The position numbers were made by a program, and so were the translations under genes. Shown piece after piece: positions 18,792 to 29,402 of a stretch of DNA of 64,000 bases. Position 1 is the stretch's first letter, and every line of letters starts with the position of its first letter. The stretch is from positions 11,421-75,420 of the forward strand of contig CAZOBJ010000001.1 in the NCBI GenBank assembly GCA_964577825.1. Reading direction: 5' to 3'. The notes beneath the pieces were generated by a model. The model was not told the DNA's origin. It saw nothing but the letters and a program-made list of their open reading frames with translations, and made no database searches. The DNA comes from an uncultured Planctomycetales bacterium. GTDB taxonomy: Bacteria > Planctomycetota > SZUA-567 > JAFGNG01.

Positions 18792-19586
18792 ATGGCTCAG
18801 GTTTTTCGGGATTTAAACGCCATGAGAGAGTTTTTCGTCGCCGGCAACTGGAAGATGAACATGGACGGCCAGAGCAGCAGAGATCTGGCCGAAGCCCTGC
18901 GCAAGCAACTGGCCGACGTTGACAACGTGCGCATGGCGGTCTGTCCCCCCTTTGTGTACCTGGCGAGCGTCGCCGGGGTCTTGAGAGAGAGCAATATCGC
19001 CGTCGGCGCGCAGAACATGTACGTGGAGGCCAAGGGCGCCTTCACGGGCGAGACCGCCGGGCCCATGCTCACCGACGTGGGCTGTCGCTACGTCATCCTC
19101 GGTCACTCCGAGAGGCGCCACGTCATGGGCGAGAGCGACGAGTTCATCAACCGGAAGGTCCACAAGGCCCTTGAGTGCGGGTTGGAGCCCATCGTCTGCT
19201 TGGGCGAAAAGCTTGAGCAGAGGGAAGCCGGACAGACCGAAAGCGTCGTGTCCGCGCAGCTTACGGCGGCTCTGGCTGGCGTGGCTGCCGAGCAGATGGC
19301 GAAGATAACCGTCGCCTATGAGCCCGTTTGGGCCATCGGCACGGGGGTTACCGCCACTCCGGACCAGGCCGAGGAGGTCCACGCCTACCTGCGCAGCCTG
19401 CTCAGCGAACTCTACGACGGCGAGGTGGCGGAGAACACCATCCTCCAGTACGGCGGCAGCGTCAAGCCGGACAACGCGGCCGACCTGATGGGCATGGCCA
19501 ACGTGGACGGCGCCCTCGTGGGAGGTGCGAGCCTGAGCGCGGAAGCGTTCGTCCCCATCGTTCGGGCGGCGACAGAACTTGGATAG
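18792..19586 (+). CDS. tpiA: triosephosphate isomerase
   Basis: FFVAGNWKMN, ILGHSERR and AYEPVWAIGTG motifs are present. The start is ATG 18792 after a GAGG (ATG 18822 is also possible). Confidence 0.93.
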   Translation: MAQVFRDLNAMREFFVAGNWKMNMDGQSSRDLAEALRKQLADVDNVRMAVCPPFVYLASVAGVLRESNIAVGAQNMYVEAKGAFTGETAGPMLTDVGCRYVILGHSERRHVMGESDEFINRKVHKALECGLEPIVCLGEKLEQREAGQTESVVSAQLTAALAGVAAEQMAKITVAYEPVWAIGTGVTATPDQAEEVHAYLRSLLSELYDGEVAENTILQYGGSVKPDNAADLMGMANVDGALVGGASLSAEAFVPIVRAATELG

Positions 19587-19606
19587 GGACTCAGGAAGCA
19601 GACATC

Positions 19607-20056
19607 ATGGACCCTGAAGAATTCAGAGCGCTGGCCAAGAAGGGCCTCGTCATCGGAGCGTTCTTTGGGCTTGCGCTGTTGTTCTACGCAATGGGCTGGC
19701 GTTCCGCGCTGGTGGCCTACGTGATCGCGCTGGCAATCATCGCGATTCTGGCCATACTGATACAGAGCGGCCGCGGCGGGGGGCTGGCCGCGTCCTTGGG
19801 CGGGTTGGGCGGCGACTCCCTGCTCGGCGTCCATTCCGCGACACCTATTGCTAAGGCCACGTACGTGATGCTGGCGCTCTTCATCTTCATCCTGCTGCTC
19901 ACCGCCCGGCTCCGTCCGCCGGCCGATGAAGGTCAGGACCTGCTGGGACCTGTTTCTCCGGTGGCGCCTGTGACACGGGAGGAACTCCCCGAGGTCCCCG
20001 CCCCGGCGCCGCCCCTCGCGGAAGGCGAGACCTCCGCCCCCACGGAGACAGAGTGA
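19607..20056 (+). CDS. secG: preprotein translocase subunit SecG (with Pro/Glu-rich C-terminal tail)
   Basis: Two TM helices flank a Gly-rich loop (ILIQSGRGGGLAASLGGLGGDSLLG), and the gene sits in the conserved position just after tpiA. The start is ATG 19607 within ORF 19328... Confidence 0.8.
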   Translation: MDPEEFRALAKKGLVIGAFFGLALLFYAMGWRSALVAYVIALAIIAILAILIQSGRGGGLAASLGGLGGDSLLGVHSATPIAKATYVMLALFIFILLLTARLRPPADEGQDLLGPVSPVAPVTREELPEVPAPAPPLAEGETSAPTETE

Positions 20057-20057
20057 G

Positions 20058-20945
20058 ATGATCAGCAGTATGACCGGCTTCGGCCGAGGTCAGAGGGAGC
20101 GCGACCAGTGGGCGACCCGCGCCGAGGTCCGGTCGGTCAACCGCAAGGAATTGCAGCTTTCGTTGCGACTCCCGGAGGCTTTCAACCTGAAGGAGGGGGA
20201 CCTCCGCAAACTGGTGGCCGAGAGAATCCATCGCGGTCACGTCCACCTGTCAGTCAGCTGCGAACCGTCCTCCGAGGCCCAGTCGGTGGTCGTTGACGAG
20301 CGGCGCGTAGGGCAGTACCTGCGCGCCCTGAGACAGGTGGCGGAAAAGCAGGACCTCCCGGTCCAGGTGGACCTCGGATCGCTTCTTCGCCTGCCCGGGG
20401 CGTTGAAGGACCTGGCGGCCGACGAGGAGCTGCGCGATTCCCTCTGGGACGACGTGGTCGGGGCCGTGTGCGAGGCCCTGGACGGGCTGGTGCAGATGCG
20501 CCGCACCGAGGGCGAGAACCTGGCCGAGCAGCTTGAGGGGCTTTGCGAGGACCTCTCCCGGCTGACCGACGAGATCGAGCGGGCGCAGGAGGAGTTCGTC
20601 GTCGCCTACCGCGACAGGCTCCGGCAGAGGATTGACCGCCTGCTGGAGGGCACGGGCGTCGAAGTGGAGGAGCAGGCGCTGGCGCGGGAGGTGGCGTTCC
20701 AGGCGGAGCGCAGCGACGTCAGCGAGGAGATCACGCGGCTTCGCAGCCACGTCGAACAGTTCAAAGAGGCCCTCGGGGGGCCGGCGGAGCCCGTGGGCCG
20801 CAAGATGGAGTTCATCGGTCAGGAGATGCTCCGGGAGGCCAGCACGATGGGCGCGAAGGTCCCGGCGGGTCCGCAGGTCGAACAGGTGCTGGAGTTGAAG
20901 ACGGCTATCGAGCGGCTGCGAGAGCAGGTCCGCAACGTGGAATAG
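20058..20945 (+). CDS. yicC: YicC-family stress-induced protein (DUF1732)
   Basis: The N-terminus MISSMTGFGRG and the C-terminal motif KMEFIGQEMLREASTMGAK are typical of YicC. It sits in the conserved position upstream of gmk. Confidence 0.85.
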   Translation: MISSMTGFGRGQRERDQWATRAEVRSVNRKELQLSLRLPEAFNLKEGDLRKLVAERIHRGHVHLSVSCEPSSEAQSVVVDERRVGQYLRALRQVAEKQDLPVQVDLGSLLRLPGALKDLAADEELRDSLWDDVVGAVCEALDGLVQMRRTEGENLAEQLEGLCEDLSRLTDEIERAQEEFVVAYRDRLRQRIDRLLEGTGVEVEEQALAREVAFQAERSDVSEEITRLRSHVEQFKEALGGPAEPVGRKMEFIGQEMLREASTMGAKVPAGPQVEQVLELKTAIERLREQVRNVE

Positions 20946-20983
20946 ATGGGCCGGGCCCGCGAGCGGGCCCCTGGCGGCTGCAA

Positions 20984-21601
20984 ATGAGCAATCGGCGCGC
21001 CGAGCACGAGTTGTCCGACCCCGCCCGGGTCTTCGTGATTTCCGGGCCCAGCGGGGTGGGCAAGAACACGGTCGCCGACGCCCTGTGCAGCGAGAAGCGC
21101 GCCGTGCGGGCCGTGACGGCCACGACCCGGCCGCCCCGGGCCGGCGAGAAGGACGGAAAGGACTATCACTTCGTCAGCGATGAGCAGTTCGGCAGGTGGA
21201 TCGAGGAGGAACGCCTGCTTGAATACACGCGGTATGTGGGCAACTTCTACGGCACGCCGCTGGCGTCCGTGAACCGGGCCGCGGAGTCCGGCCTGCCGGT
21301 AATACTGACCATCGACGTGGACGGAGGCCTGCAGATAAAGCGCCGGTGGCCGGACGTGGCCCTGATCTTCCTGGTCCCTCCTTCGGAGGAGGAGCTGCGG
21401 CGCAGGCTGCTCGCCCGCGGGCGGGATGACGCGGGGAGCGTTCAGAAACGCCTCGAGCGGGCCCGGGAGGAGATGGAGTACGGCGACGATTACGATTTCT
21501 GTGTCGTGAACGACAACCTGAAGGAGGCGCTTGAAGAAATTGCTCGGATCATGGCAGGGAAGTGCGACCGGGACGGCAACCTTTCTCAGGCGGGAAGGTA
21601 G
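20984..21601 (+). CDS. gmk: guanylate kinase
   Basis: A P-loop (ISGPSGVGKNT) is present, with the GMP-binding YHFVS...F and NFYGT motifs. Confidence 0.92.
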   Translation: MSNRRAEHELSDPARVFVISGPSGVGKNTVADALCSEKRAVRAVTATTRPPRAGEKDGKDYHFVSDEQFGRWIEEERLLEYTRYVGNFYGTPLASVNRAAESGLPVILTIDVDGGLQIKRRWPDVALIFLVPPSEEELRRRLLARGRDDAGSVQKRLERAREEMEYGDDYDFCVVNDNLKEALEEIARIMAGKCDRDGNLSQAGR

Positions 21602-21605
21602 ATAT

Positions 21606-21857
21606 ATGAGGCGCAGTGAGGAAGGACGGGTTGAAGAGCTCAGCAAACGCATAGGCGGCAGGTTCAAACTCACTACTCTCGTACAGAGGCAGGCACGCGA
21701 CTACGTCCGCGGAGGCGGAGCTTTCATGCCGAAGGTGCGCAACCTGCACGAACTGTACCGCTACATCCTCGACGAAATCGACGCGGGCAAGATCGAGTTG
21801 CAGCTCCGCGGCGAAGTCGAGCAGGCTGAGGAAACCGAAGAGGAAGAAGGGGAGTAG
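21606..21857 (+). CDS. rpoZ: probable DNA-directed RNA polymerase omega subunit
   Basis: This is an 83-aa protein in the conserved gmk-rpoZ position, with a helical core (RFKLTTLVQRQARDY) and an acidic tail. The start is ATG 21606 inside ORF 21531... The sequence similarity is weak, so the call rests largely on synteny. Confidence 0.55.
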   Translation: MRRSEEGRVEELSKRIGGRFKLTTLVQRQARDYVRGGGAFMPKVRNLHELYRYILDEIDAGKIELQLRGEVEQAEETEEEEGE

Positions 21858-21887
21858 AGGGCGGCTTTGCCGGCCTGAGCTTCAATC

Positions 21888-22445
21888 ATGGGCAACTCGA
21901 CGGGCAGAAACGTGATCCTGGGCGTGACCGGCAGCATCGCGGCCTATAAGGCCGCTTCGGTGCTGCGCGGGCTCATGACGCGCGGCCACAAGGTTCAGGT
22001 CGTCATGACCGACTCGGCCCAGAAGCTGGTCACTCCGACCACTTTCCGCGCGCTCTCTGGGCGGCCGGTTGTCACGCGCATGTTCATCCCGGAGGATCAG
22101 GCGGGCCTCCAGCACATCGAGTTGGCCGAGTGGGCCGACGTTCTGGCCGTGGTGCCCGCGACGGCGAACTTCATCGGCAAGGCCGCCAACGGCATCGCGG
22201 ATGAGATCCTCAGTTGCACCTGGATGGCCTGCGACTGCCCGAAGCTCGTGGCGCCTGCGATGAACGACCGCATGTGGGCCAGCCCGCCCGTCCAGCGCAA
22301 CTGCGAGTACCTGCGCTTCCTGCCCGGGGTGCACTTCGTCGGCCCGGTCGAGGGCCAGCTTGCCAGCGGCAAGGTTGCCATGGGCCACCTGGCGCAGGTG
22401 GACGAGATCGTCAACGTGATCCACACCATCGCCATCGGGGGTTGA
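21888..22445 (+). CDS. coaC: phosphopantothenoylcysteine decarboxylase-type flavoprotein (CoaC domain only)
   Basis: The flavoprotein fold is recognisable (ILGVTGSIAAYKAASVLRGL...PAMNDRMW). At 185 aa there is no CoaB (synthetase) half. Confidence 0.8.
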   Translation: MGNSTGRNVILGVTGSIAAYKAASVLRGLMTRGHKVQVVMTDSAQKLVTPTTFRALSGRPVVTRMFIPEDQAGLQHIELAEWADVLAVVPATANFIGKAANGIADEILSCTWMACDCPKLVAPAMNDRMWASPPVQRNCEYLRFLPGVHFVGPVEGQLASGKVAMGHLAQVDEIVNVIHTIAIGG

Positions 22446-22455
22446 GGGGGCGGAC

Positions 22456-22926
22456 ATGTGCGAGGGTGGGGGCCCGGAGTCACCCAGACTGCTGGTTCGG
22501 CGCAGGGAAGGCTGCGAGGACCTGCCGGTCCCGAAGTACATGAGCGCCGGCGCCAGCGGGATGGACCTTCACGCTGCGGTTGAAGGCGAGATGGTGATCC
22601 CCGCCGGGGGCGTCCGGCTCGTTCCCACGGGCATCCACATCGCCCTTCCCGTCGGATACGAAGCCCAGATCCGGCCGCGCAGCGGGCTGGCGCTGAAGAG
22701 CCGCGTGACCGTCCTGAACTCCCCCGGCACGGTGGACAGCGACTACCGCGCCGAGGTTGGCGTCATCCTGGCCAACTTCGGGGACGAGCCCTTCGCCGTC
22801 ACGCGCGGGATGCGGATCGCCCAGATGGTGGTCTGCCGCACCTACCGCGCGGAGGTCGTCGAGGTCGAGGAGCTGGACGAGACGGACCGGCAGTTCGGGG
22901 GATTCGGCTCGACCGGATTGCATTGA
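22456..22926 (+). CDS. dut: dUTP diphosphatase
   Basis: dUTPase motifs are present: SAGASGMDL, RSGLALK, GTVDSDYR and a C-terminal GGFGSTG. Confidence 0.92.
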   Translation: MCEGGGPESPRLLVRRREGCEDLPVPKYMSAGASGMDLHAAVEGEMVIPAGGVRLVPTGIHIALPVGYEAQIRPRSGLALKSRVTVLNSPGTVDSDYRAEVGVILANFGDEPFAVTRGMRIAQMVVCRTYRAEVVEVEELDETDRQFGGFGSTGLH

Positions 22927-22985
22927 AGGCGACGGCCGCGGGAAGTAAGCTGTCAGGTCCGGCCCCATCACGGAAAGGCGCCACC

Positions 22986-24908
22986 ATGGCGGAGACCTTG
23001 ACCCGCAAGATACTCAAGGCGCACCTCGTCGACGGCTCGCTCGAACCGGGCCGGCCCCTGGCCCTGCGCATGGACCAGACGCTCACCCAGGACGCGACCG
23101 GCACGGTGGCATACCTGCAGTTCGAGACCATGGGCGTGGACCGCGTGCGGACCGAACTGTCCGTCAGCTACGTGGACCACAACACGCTTCAGAGCGGCCC
23201 GCAGAACGCGGACGATCACCGCTACCTCCAGTCAGTCGCCGCCCGTTACGGGATCGTGTTCAGCCGGCCGGGCAACGGCATCTGCCACCAGGTTCATCTG
23301 GAGCGCTTCGGCGCGCCCGGCAAGACGCTGCTGGGCAGCGACAGCCACACGCCGACCTGCGGCGGGCTCGGGATGATGGCGATCGGCGCCGGGGGGCAGG
23401 ACGTGGCCTGCGCCATGGCGGGACTGCCGTTCCGGCTGACCGCGCCTGCCGTGGTAAAGGTCCACCTGACGGGCCGGCTCGGCCCGTGGGCCAGCGCGAA
23501 GGACGTCATCCTGGAACTCCTGCGCCGACTGACCGTCAAGGGCGGCGTCGGGCGGGTCTTCGAGTACGCCGGGCCTGGCGTGGCGACGCTGGATGTTCCC
23601 GAGCGGGCGACGATAACGAACATGGGCACGGAGCTCGGCGCGACGACCAGCATATTCCCCGCCGACGAGGTCGTCGAGGCGTGGATGCGGGCCCAGGGGC
23701 GCGGCGAGGACTTCCGCCCGATCTGCGCCGGCCCCGGCGCCGACTACGACGAGGTCGTCGAGCTGGACCTGTCCTCCGTCGAGCCGCTCATCGCCCGGCC
23801 GCACAGCCCGGACAACGTGGTCCCCGTCCGGGAGGCGGCGGGCCAGCCCGTTGACCAGGTCTGCATCGGCAGTTGCACGAACTCGTCTTACAGGGACCTG
23901 GCGCTGACGGGAGCCCTGCTGGAGGGGCTGACGGTTCACCCGCGGGTCAGCCTGGCGGTCTCGCCGGGCTCGCGCCAGGCGTTCAGGATGATCGCGGACA
24001 GCGGGGTCCTGGGCGCCATGGTGGCCGCGGGTGCCCGAGTCCTGGAGGTGGCCTGCGGGCCGTGCATCGGAATGGGCCAATCGCCGCCCAGCGGCGGGGT
24101 CACGCTCCGCACGTTCAACCGGAACTTCGAGGGGCGCACGGGCACCGCCGACGCCCTCTGCTACCTGTGCAGCCCCGCCACGGCCGTGGCCTCGGCGCTG
24201 GCGGGATGCATCACCGACCCCCGCACGCTCGGCGACCCGCCCGCGGTCGAGGCGCCCGGGCGGTTCATCCTGGACGATTCCGGGTTCATCTTCCCGCCCG
24301 CGGACGGCGCCGGCGTGGAGGTCGTCAGGGGGCCGAGCATCAAGCCCATCCCGCGGCGCGGACCCCTGCCAGAGACGCTGGAGGGAGAGGTCCTGCTGAA
24401 GGTCGGGGACAACATCACGACCGATCACATCATGCCGGGCGGGAGCAGGATACTGCCGCATCGGTCCAACATACCGGCCCTGAGCGAGTTCGTGTTCGAG
24501 GGAGTGGACCCCGGGTTCGCGGGCCGGGCCAGGCAGAAGGGCGGTGGGCTCGTCGTGGCGGGGCAGAACTACGGGCAGGGCTCAAGCCGCGAGCACGCTG
24601 CACTGGCCCCCATGTACCTCGGGCTGAAGGCCGTCGTTGCGAAGAGCTTCGCCCGTATCCACCGGGCGAACCTGGTGAACTTCGGCATCATGCCGATCGT
24701 CTTCGAGGACGCGGCGGACTATGACAGGGTCGGCCAGGGAGACGAGCTGGTGATCGCCTCCGCGCGAGAGGGCCTGCCCGATGGGCGCCTCACCGTGCGG
24801 GACGAGACGGGCGGGTTCGAGTTCCCCGTCCGGGTCGAACTGAGCGAGACGGAACGGGAGATACTGCTGGCCGGCGGGCGGCTGAACCTGGTCAGCGGAA
24901 GCCAGTGA
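22986..24908 (+). CDS. aconitate hydratase (~640-aa type)
   Basis: The aconitase family is recognisable ([36 protein letters not shown], and a swivel domain with [14 protein letters not shown]). It lies adjacent to icd. The start is ATG 22986 ([10 protein letters not shown]). Confidence 0.88.
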   Translation: MAETLTRKILKAHLVDGSLEPGRPLALRMDQTLTQDATGTVAYLQFETMGVDRVRTELSVSYVDHNTLQSGPQNADDHRYLQSVAARYGIVFSRPGNGICHQVHLERFGAPGKTLLGSDSHTPTCGGLGMMAIGAGGQDVACAMAGLPFRLTAPAVVKVHLTGRLGPWASAKDVILELLRRLTVKGGVGRVFEYAGPGVATLDVPERATITNMGTELGATTSIFPADEVVEAWMRAQGRGEDFRPICAGPGADYDEVVELDLSSVEPLIARPHSPDNVVPVREAAGQPVDQVCIGSCTNSSYRDLALTGALLEGLTVHPRVSLAVSPGSRQAFRMIADSGVLGAMVAAGARVLEVACGPCIGMGQSPPSGGVTLRTFNRNFEGRTGTADALCYLCSPATAVASALAGCITDPRTLGDPPAVEAPGRFILDDSGFIFPPADGAGVEVVRGPSIKPIPRRGPLPETLEGEVLLKVGDNITTDHIMPGGSRILPHRSNIPALSEFVFEGVDPGFAGRARQKGGGLVVAGQNYGQGSSREHAALAPMYLGLKAVVAKSFARIHRANLVNFGIMPIVFEDAADYDRVGQGDELVIASAREGLPDGRLTVRDETGGFEFPVRVELSETEREILLAGGRLNLVSGSQ

Positions 24909-24934
24909 CAGAGGAGCGATTTCGGACGAGAGCC

Positions 24935-26185
<1,251 letters not shown>

Positions 26186-26201
26186 GAGGCGCGAGGTGGA
26201 G

Positions 26202-27002
26202 ATGGACACGGTCCGCATGGGCAACTCGCAGGTAAGCCGGTTCATCCTCGGGAGCAACCCGTTCAGCGGGTTCTCCCACCAGGGGCGAGAGATGGACGCT
26301 CAGATGATCCACTACTACACCTGCGCGCGCATCAAGGAGGTGCTGCGCCAGGCCGAGGACCTGGGCATCAACACAATCATCGCTCGCGCCGACCATCACA
26401 TGCTGAGGGTCCTGATCGAGCACTGGGACGAGGGGGGCACGCTCCAGTGGTTCGCGCAGACCTGCCCCGAGATTGGCGCCCCGGAGCCGAGCATGGACCG
26501 CGCTGCGCGCGTCGGCGCCCCCGCCGCCCATATACACGGCGGCTATGCGGACCACCTGCTGGCCAACGGGCGCATCGAGGAACTGAGGCCCTCGGTCGAG
26601 CACGCCCGCAAGATGGGCCTGACGGTGGGCCTGGCCGGGCACAATCCGGACACGATCCGTTGGGCCGAGGAGAACCTGGACCTTGACTACTACATGTGCT
26701 CCTACTACAACCCCATCCCGCGACACAAAGAGGCCCAGCACCGACCCGGCACCGACGAGCGCTACCGCGCGGAGGACCGGGGAGCCATGACGGAGTTGAT
26801 CCAGGGCCTGTCGCGCCCCGTTATCCACTACAAGGTGATGGCCGCCGGCCGGAACGACCCCGAAGAGGCCCTCGACTGCGTGGCGCGCACCATGCGGCCC
26901 GGGGACGCCGTCTGCGTGGGCATCTTCAACGGGGGCAACCCCGACGTGCTGCGCGAGGACGTGGAGATCTTCCAGCAGGCCACCGCCCGGTACGGGAAGT
27001 AG
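26202..27002 (+). CDS. conserved hypothetical protein (no family recognised)
   Basis: This is a 266-aa ORF with coding-like composition and GC3 bias, starting 17 nt after the icd stop. I recognised no diagnostic motif. Confidence 0.55.
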   Translation: MDTVRMGNSQVSRFILGSNPFSGFSHQGREMDAQMIHYYTCARIKEVLRQAEDLGINTIIARADHHMLRVLIEHWDEGGTLQWFAQTCPEIGAPEPSMDRAARVGAPAAHIHGGYADHLLANGRIEELRPSVEHARKMGLTVGLAGHNPDTIRWAEENLDLDYYMCSYYNPIPRHKEAQHRPGTDERYRAEDRGAMTELIQGLSRPVIHYKVMAAGRNDPEEALDCVARTMRPGDAVCVGIFNGGNPDVLREDVEIFQQATARYGK

Positions 27003-27017
27003 GGACGCGCCGCGCGC

Positions 27018-28010
27018 TCACCACTCGAAGACGACCGTCATGTGCCTGTCGGGGTTCTCGAGCAGTTCCCGAATCGCTTCTCCCGCGTCTTCCGGCCTCG
27101 CCCTGAGCGTGATAAGGTCGCCGACGCGCAGCGAACCGCAGCGGATCATCGCCGCGGCCCCGGCTAGGTCGCGCGAGACCGTGTCCCGGCTGTTCAGCAG
27201 CACGTACTCCTTCATGAACAGCTCTCTGCAGTCCACGCTGATGCGCCCGTGGATCGAACTCTGGACCAGCAGGACGGGCAGGGGGCCGTCCTCGTCCCAC
27301 GGGCGTTCGTGAAGGAGGCGGGCGCAGAGGTCTATCCCCTCCTGGCGGGAGCTGGCCTCGACGGCGGCCTGGACGCCCTCGGGCCAGAGGTCCCGCACTG
27401 CCTCCTCGACATCCTCCTCCTCCGCGTTGATGACGTGGCGCACGGCACCGGCGGCGGAACGCTCCAGCCGCCACGGCAGGATGTCGGCCGCCGCGACCTG
27501 CCGGCCCATCGCGGCCTGGATGCGCGCGTGAAGCTGCCCTATGAGGCCCTGCCCGATGACGACGACGCGGTCGCCAGGCCCGGTGCAGGTGCGGCGCACG
27601 CCGTGCAGGGCGATGGCCGCGACTTTCGTGAAGACGTACTCCTCCTGCGGGCGGCCCTCGTCCAGCGGCAGGAGGGCGGCCGCGGGCTTGACGCAGTGCC
27701 GTGCCTGCGCGCCCCACTGGCGGCCGATGCCGACCAGCGCCTTCGGCGCCCCGGCGAACACCACGTCCCCTTCCTGCACGCCGCCGCAGTTGCCGACGAG
27801 TTCCTCCACGATTCCGACCGAGCTGTACCCGGGCACAAGGGGGAAGGGGCTCTGCGGGTCGCCCCCGCGCAGCACCCGCGTGTCGGTGCCGGTGCTCAGG
27901 ACGGTCCGGGTGACGCGGACGACTGCGTCGCCGGGGGCCGGGTCGGCGACCTCGACCTCGCCGAACGTGATCTGATCGGGTTCCGGAAAGATGATTGCCT
28001 CCGTCTTCAC
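27018..28010 (-). CDS. zinc-type alcohol dehydrogenase / MDR-superfamily oxidoreductase
   Basis: A GroES-like N-terminus (PAPGDAVVRVTRTVLSTGTD) is followed by a Rossmann motif (VVVIGQGLIGQL). Confidence 0.8.
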   Translation of the reverse strand: MKTEAIIFPEPDQITFGEVEVADPAPGDAVVRVTRTVLSTGTDTRVLRGGDPQSPFPLVPGYSSVGIVEELVGNCGGVQEGDVVFAGAPKALVGIGRQWGAQARHCVKPAAALLPLDEGRPQEEYVFTKVAAIALHGVRRTCTGPGDRVVVIGQGLIGQLHARIQAAMGRQVAAADILPWRLERSAAGAVRHVINAEEEDVEEAVRDLWPEGVQAAVEASSRQEGIDLCARLLHERPWDEDGPLPVLLVQSSIHGRISVDCRELFMKEYVLLNSRDTVSRDLAGAAAMIRCGSLRVGDLITLRARPEDAGEAIRELLENPDRHMTVVFEW

Positions 28011-28120
28011 AGCAGTGCCTCCTTTTCGTGGCGGTCTGGCTCAAGGGATTATACGGCGGGCGGCCGGGCTGTCAAAAGGCGCGTTTGACTTGCCCCGCCC
28101 GCCGGCTAAAATGGCGGTCC

Positions 28121-28702
28121 ATGGCCTCCCATCACACCACGGCGCGGCTGCTGGCGACGCCTCTGAGCGAAGAGGACGTCCTGTCGGTGCGCTGCGGGGA
28201 CAGCGTGCTGCTGAGCGGCGTGATCTACTCGGCGCGGGACGCTGCCCACCGCAGGATGGTCGAGGCGCTCGACGCGGGCGGCTCCCTGCCGTTCGATCCC
28301 GTCGGCCAGGTGATCTACTACGTGGGTCCCAGCCCCGCGCCGGCGGGGGTCGTCATAGGGGCGGCTGGGCCGACGACGAGCGGGCGGATGGACCCCTACG
28401 CGCCGCGTCTCTATGAGGCAGGCATCAAGGCGACCATCGGGAAAGGACAGCGCTCGCCGATCGTCCGGGAGGCCCTGATGCGGTTTGCCGCCCTCTACCT
28501 GGCGGCCATCGGGGGGGCCGGCGCGCTCCTGGCGCAGGCTGTCAAGGAAGTGGAGGTGGTCGCCTATCCGGAACTGGGCCCCGAGGCCGTGCGGCGAATG
28601 GTGGTCGAGCGACTGCCGGTCATCGTGGCCAACGACGCGTACGGGAGGGACCTCTACGAAGAGGCACGCCGGCGCAGTCATCCCGGACCCGAGCACGGGT
28701 GA
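28121..28702 (+). CDS. Fe-S hydro-lyase beta subunit (class I fumarate hydratase / tartrate dehydratase beta type)
   Basis: GVIYSARDAAHRRM, YYVGPSPAP, GPTTSGRMD and IKATIGKGQRS match the FumA C-terminal / TtdB domain. The start is ATG 28121 (MASHHTTARL). Confidence 0.8.
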   Translation: MASHHTTARLLATPLSEEDVLSVRCGDSVLLSGVIYSARDAAHRRMVEALDAGGSLPFDPVGQVIYYVGPSPAPAGVVIGAAGPTTSGRMDPYAPRLYEAGIKATIGKGQRSPIVREALMRFAALYLAAIGGAGALLAQAVKEVEVVAYPELGPEAVRRMVVERLPVIVANDAYGRDLYEEARRRSHPGPEHG

Positions 28703-28709
28703 ACGCGCC

Positions 28710-29399
28710 ATGCCTCCCCGCGACCAGGCTTGCCGTCTCGTCCCGGCCAGGAAGGTCCTCCCCGTCCTCCGCGCGCTGGACAAGCATTACGGGCGCAAGG
28801 AGCGGTCTGGCACGAGGGACCCGCTGGACGTCCTCGTGCATGGAGTCCTGTCGCAGAACACGTCAGACGTCAACAGCGGCAGGGCGTTCCGGTCGCTCAT
28901 GGCCCGTTTCGGCACGTGGGCCGAACTGGCCAGGGCCGCCCCCCGGGAGATAGAGCGTGCCATCGAGAGCGGGGGCCTGGCTCCGCAGAAGACCGCGACC
29001 ATCCGCGCCATCATGCGATGGCTGGGCGAGCGTGGGGCATATTCGCTTGATTTCCTGGCGAACCTGGACAACGAGGAGGTCGAGTCGTGCCTGACGCGCA
29101 TCAAGGGCGTGGGCATCAAGACGGCTCGGCTGGTGCTGCTGTTCGGCCTGGGAAGGCCCGTGTTCGTGGTGGACACGCACGTGCACCGCGTGAGCCGGAG
29201 ATTGGGCCTGATCCCGGACCGCGCGACCCGCCGCAAGGCGCACGAACTGCTTGATGAGGTCATACCGGACGCGCAAAAGTACAGCGGCCATCTGAACCTG
29301 ATCGAGCACGGCCGCCGGACGTGCAGGTCGCAGTCCCCGCTGTGTGAGGGCTGCCCCGTGCGGCGGTGGTGCCTTTACGTGCGGGGCGAGGCGGCGTGA
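28710..29399 (+). CDS. endonuclease III-like HhH-GPD DNA glycosylase
   Basis: The HhH-GPD fold is present (LVHGVLSQNTSD, IKGVGIKTARLVLLFGLGRPVFVVDTHVHRV), with a C-terminal 4Fe-4S cysteine cluster (CRSQSPLCEGCPVRRWC). The start is ATG 28710. Confidence 0.85.
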   Translation: MPPRDQACRLVPARKVLPVLRALDKHYGRKERSGTRDPLDVLVHGVLSQNTSDVNSGRAFRSLMARFGTWAELARAAPREIERAIESGGLAPQKTATIRAIMRWLGERGAYSLDFLANLDNEEVESCLTRIKGVGIKTARLVLLFGLGRPVFVVDTHVHRVSRRLGLIPDRATRRKAHELLDEVIPDAQKYSGHLNLIEHGRRTCRSQSPLCEGCPVRRWCLYVRGEAA

Positions 29400-29402
29400 G
29401 CG

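Noticed and set aside
22923-22985. N-terminal extensions of aconitase (22923) and icd (24905) that would overlap the preceding genes
   Set aside because: Family similarity starts at the internal ATGs (22986 and 24935). The extensions are Ala/Arg-rich, and the first of them overlaps the end of dut.
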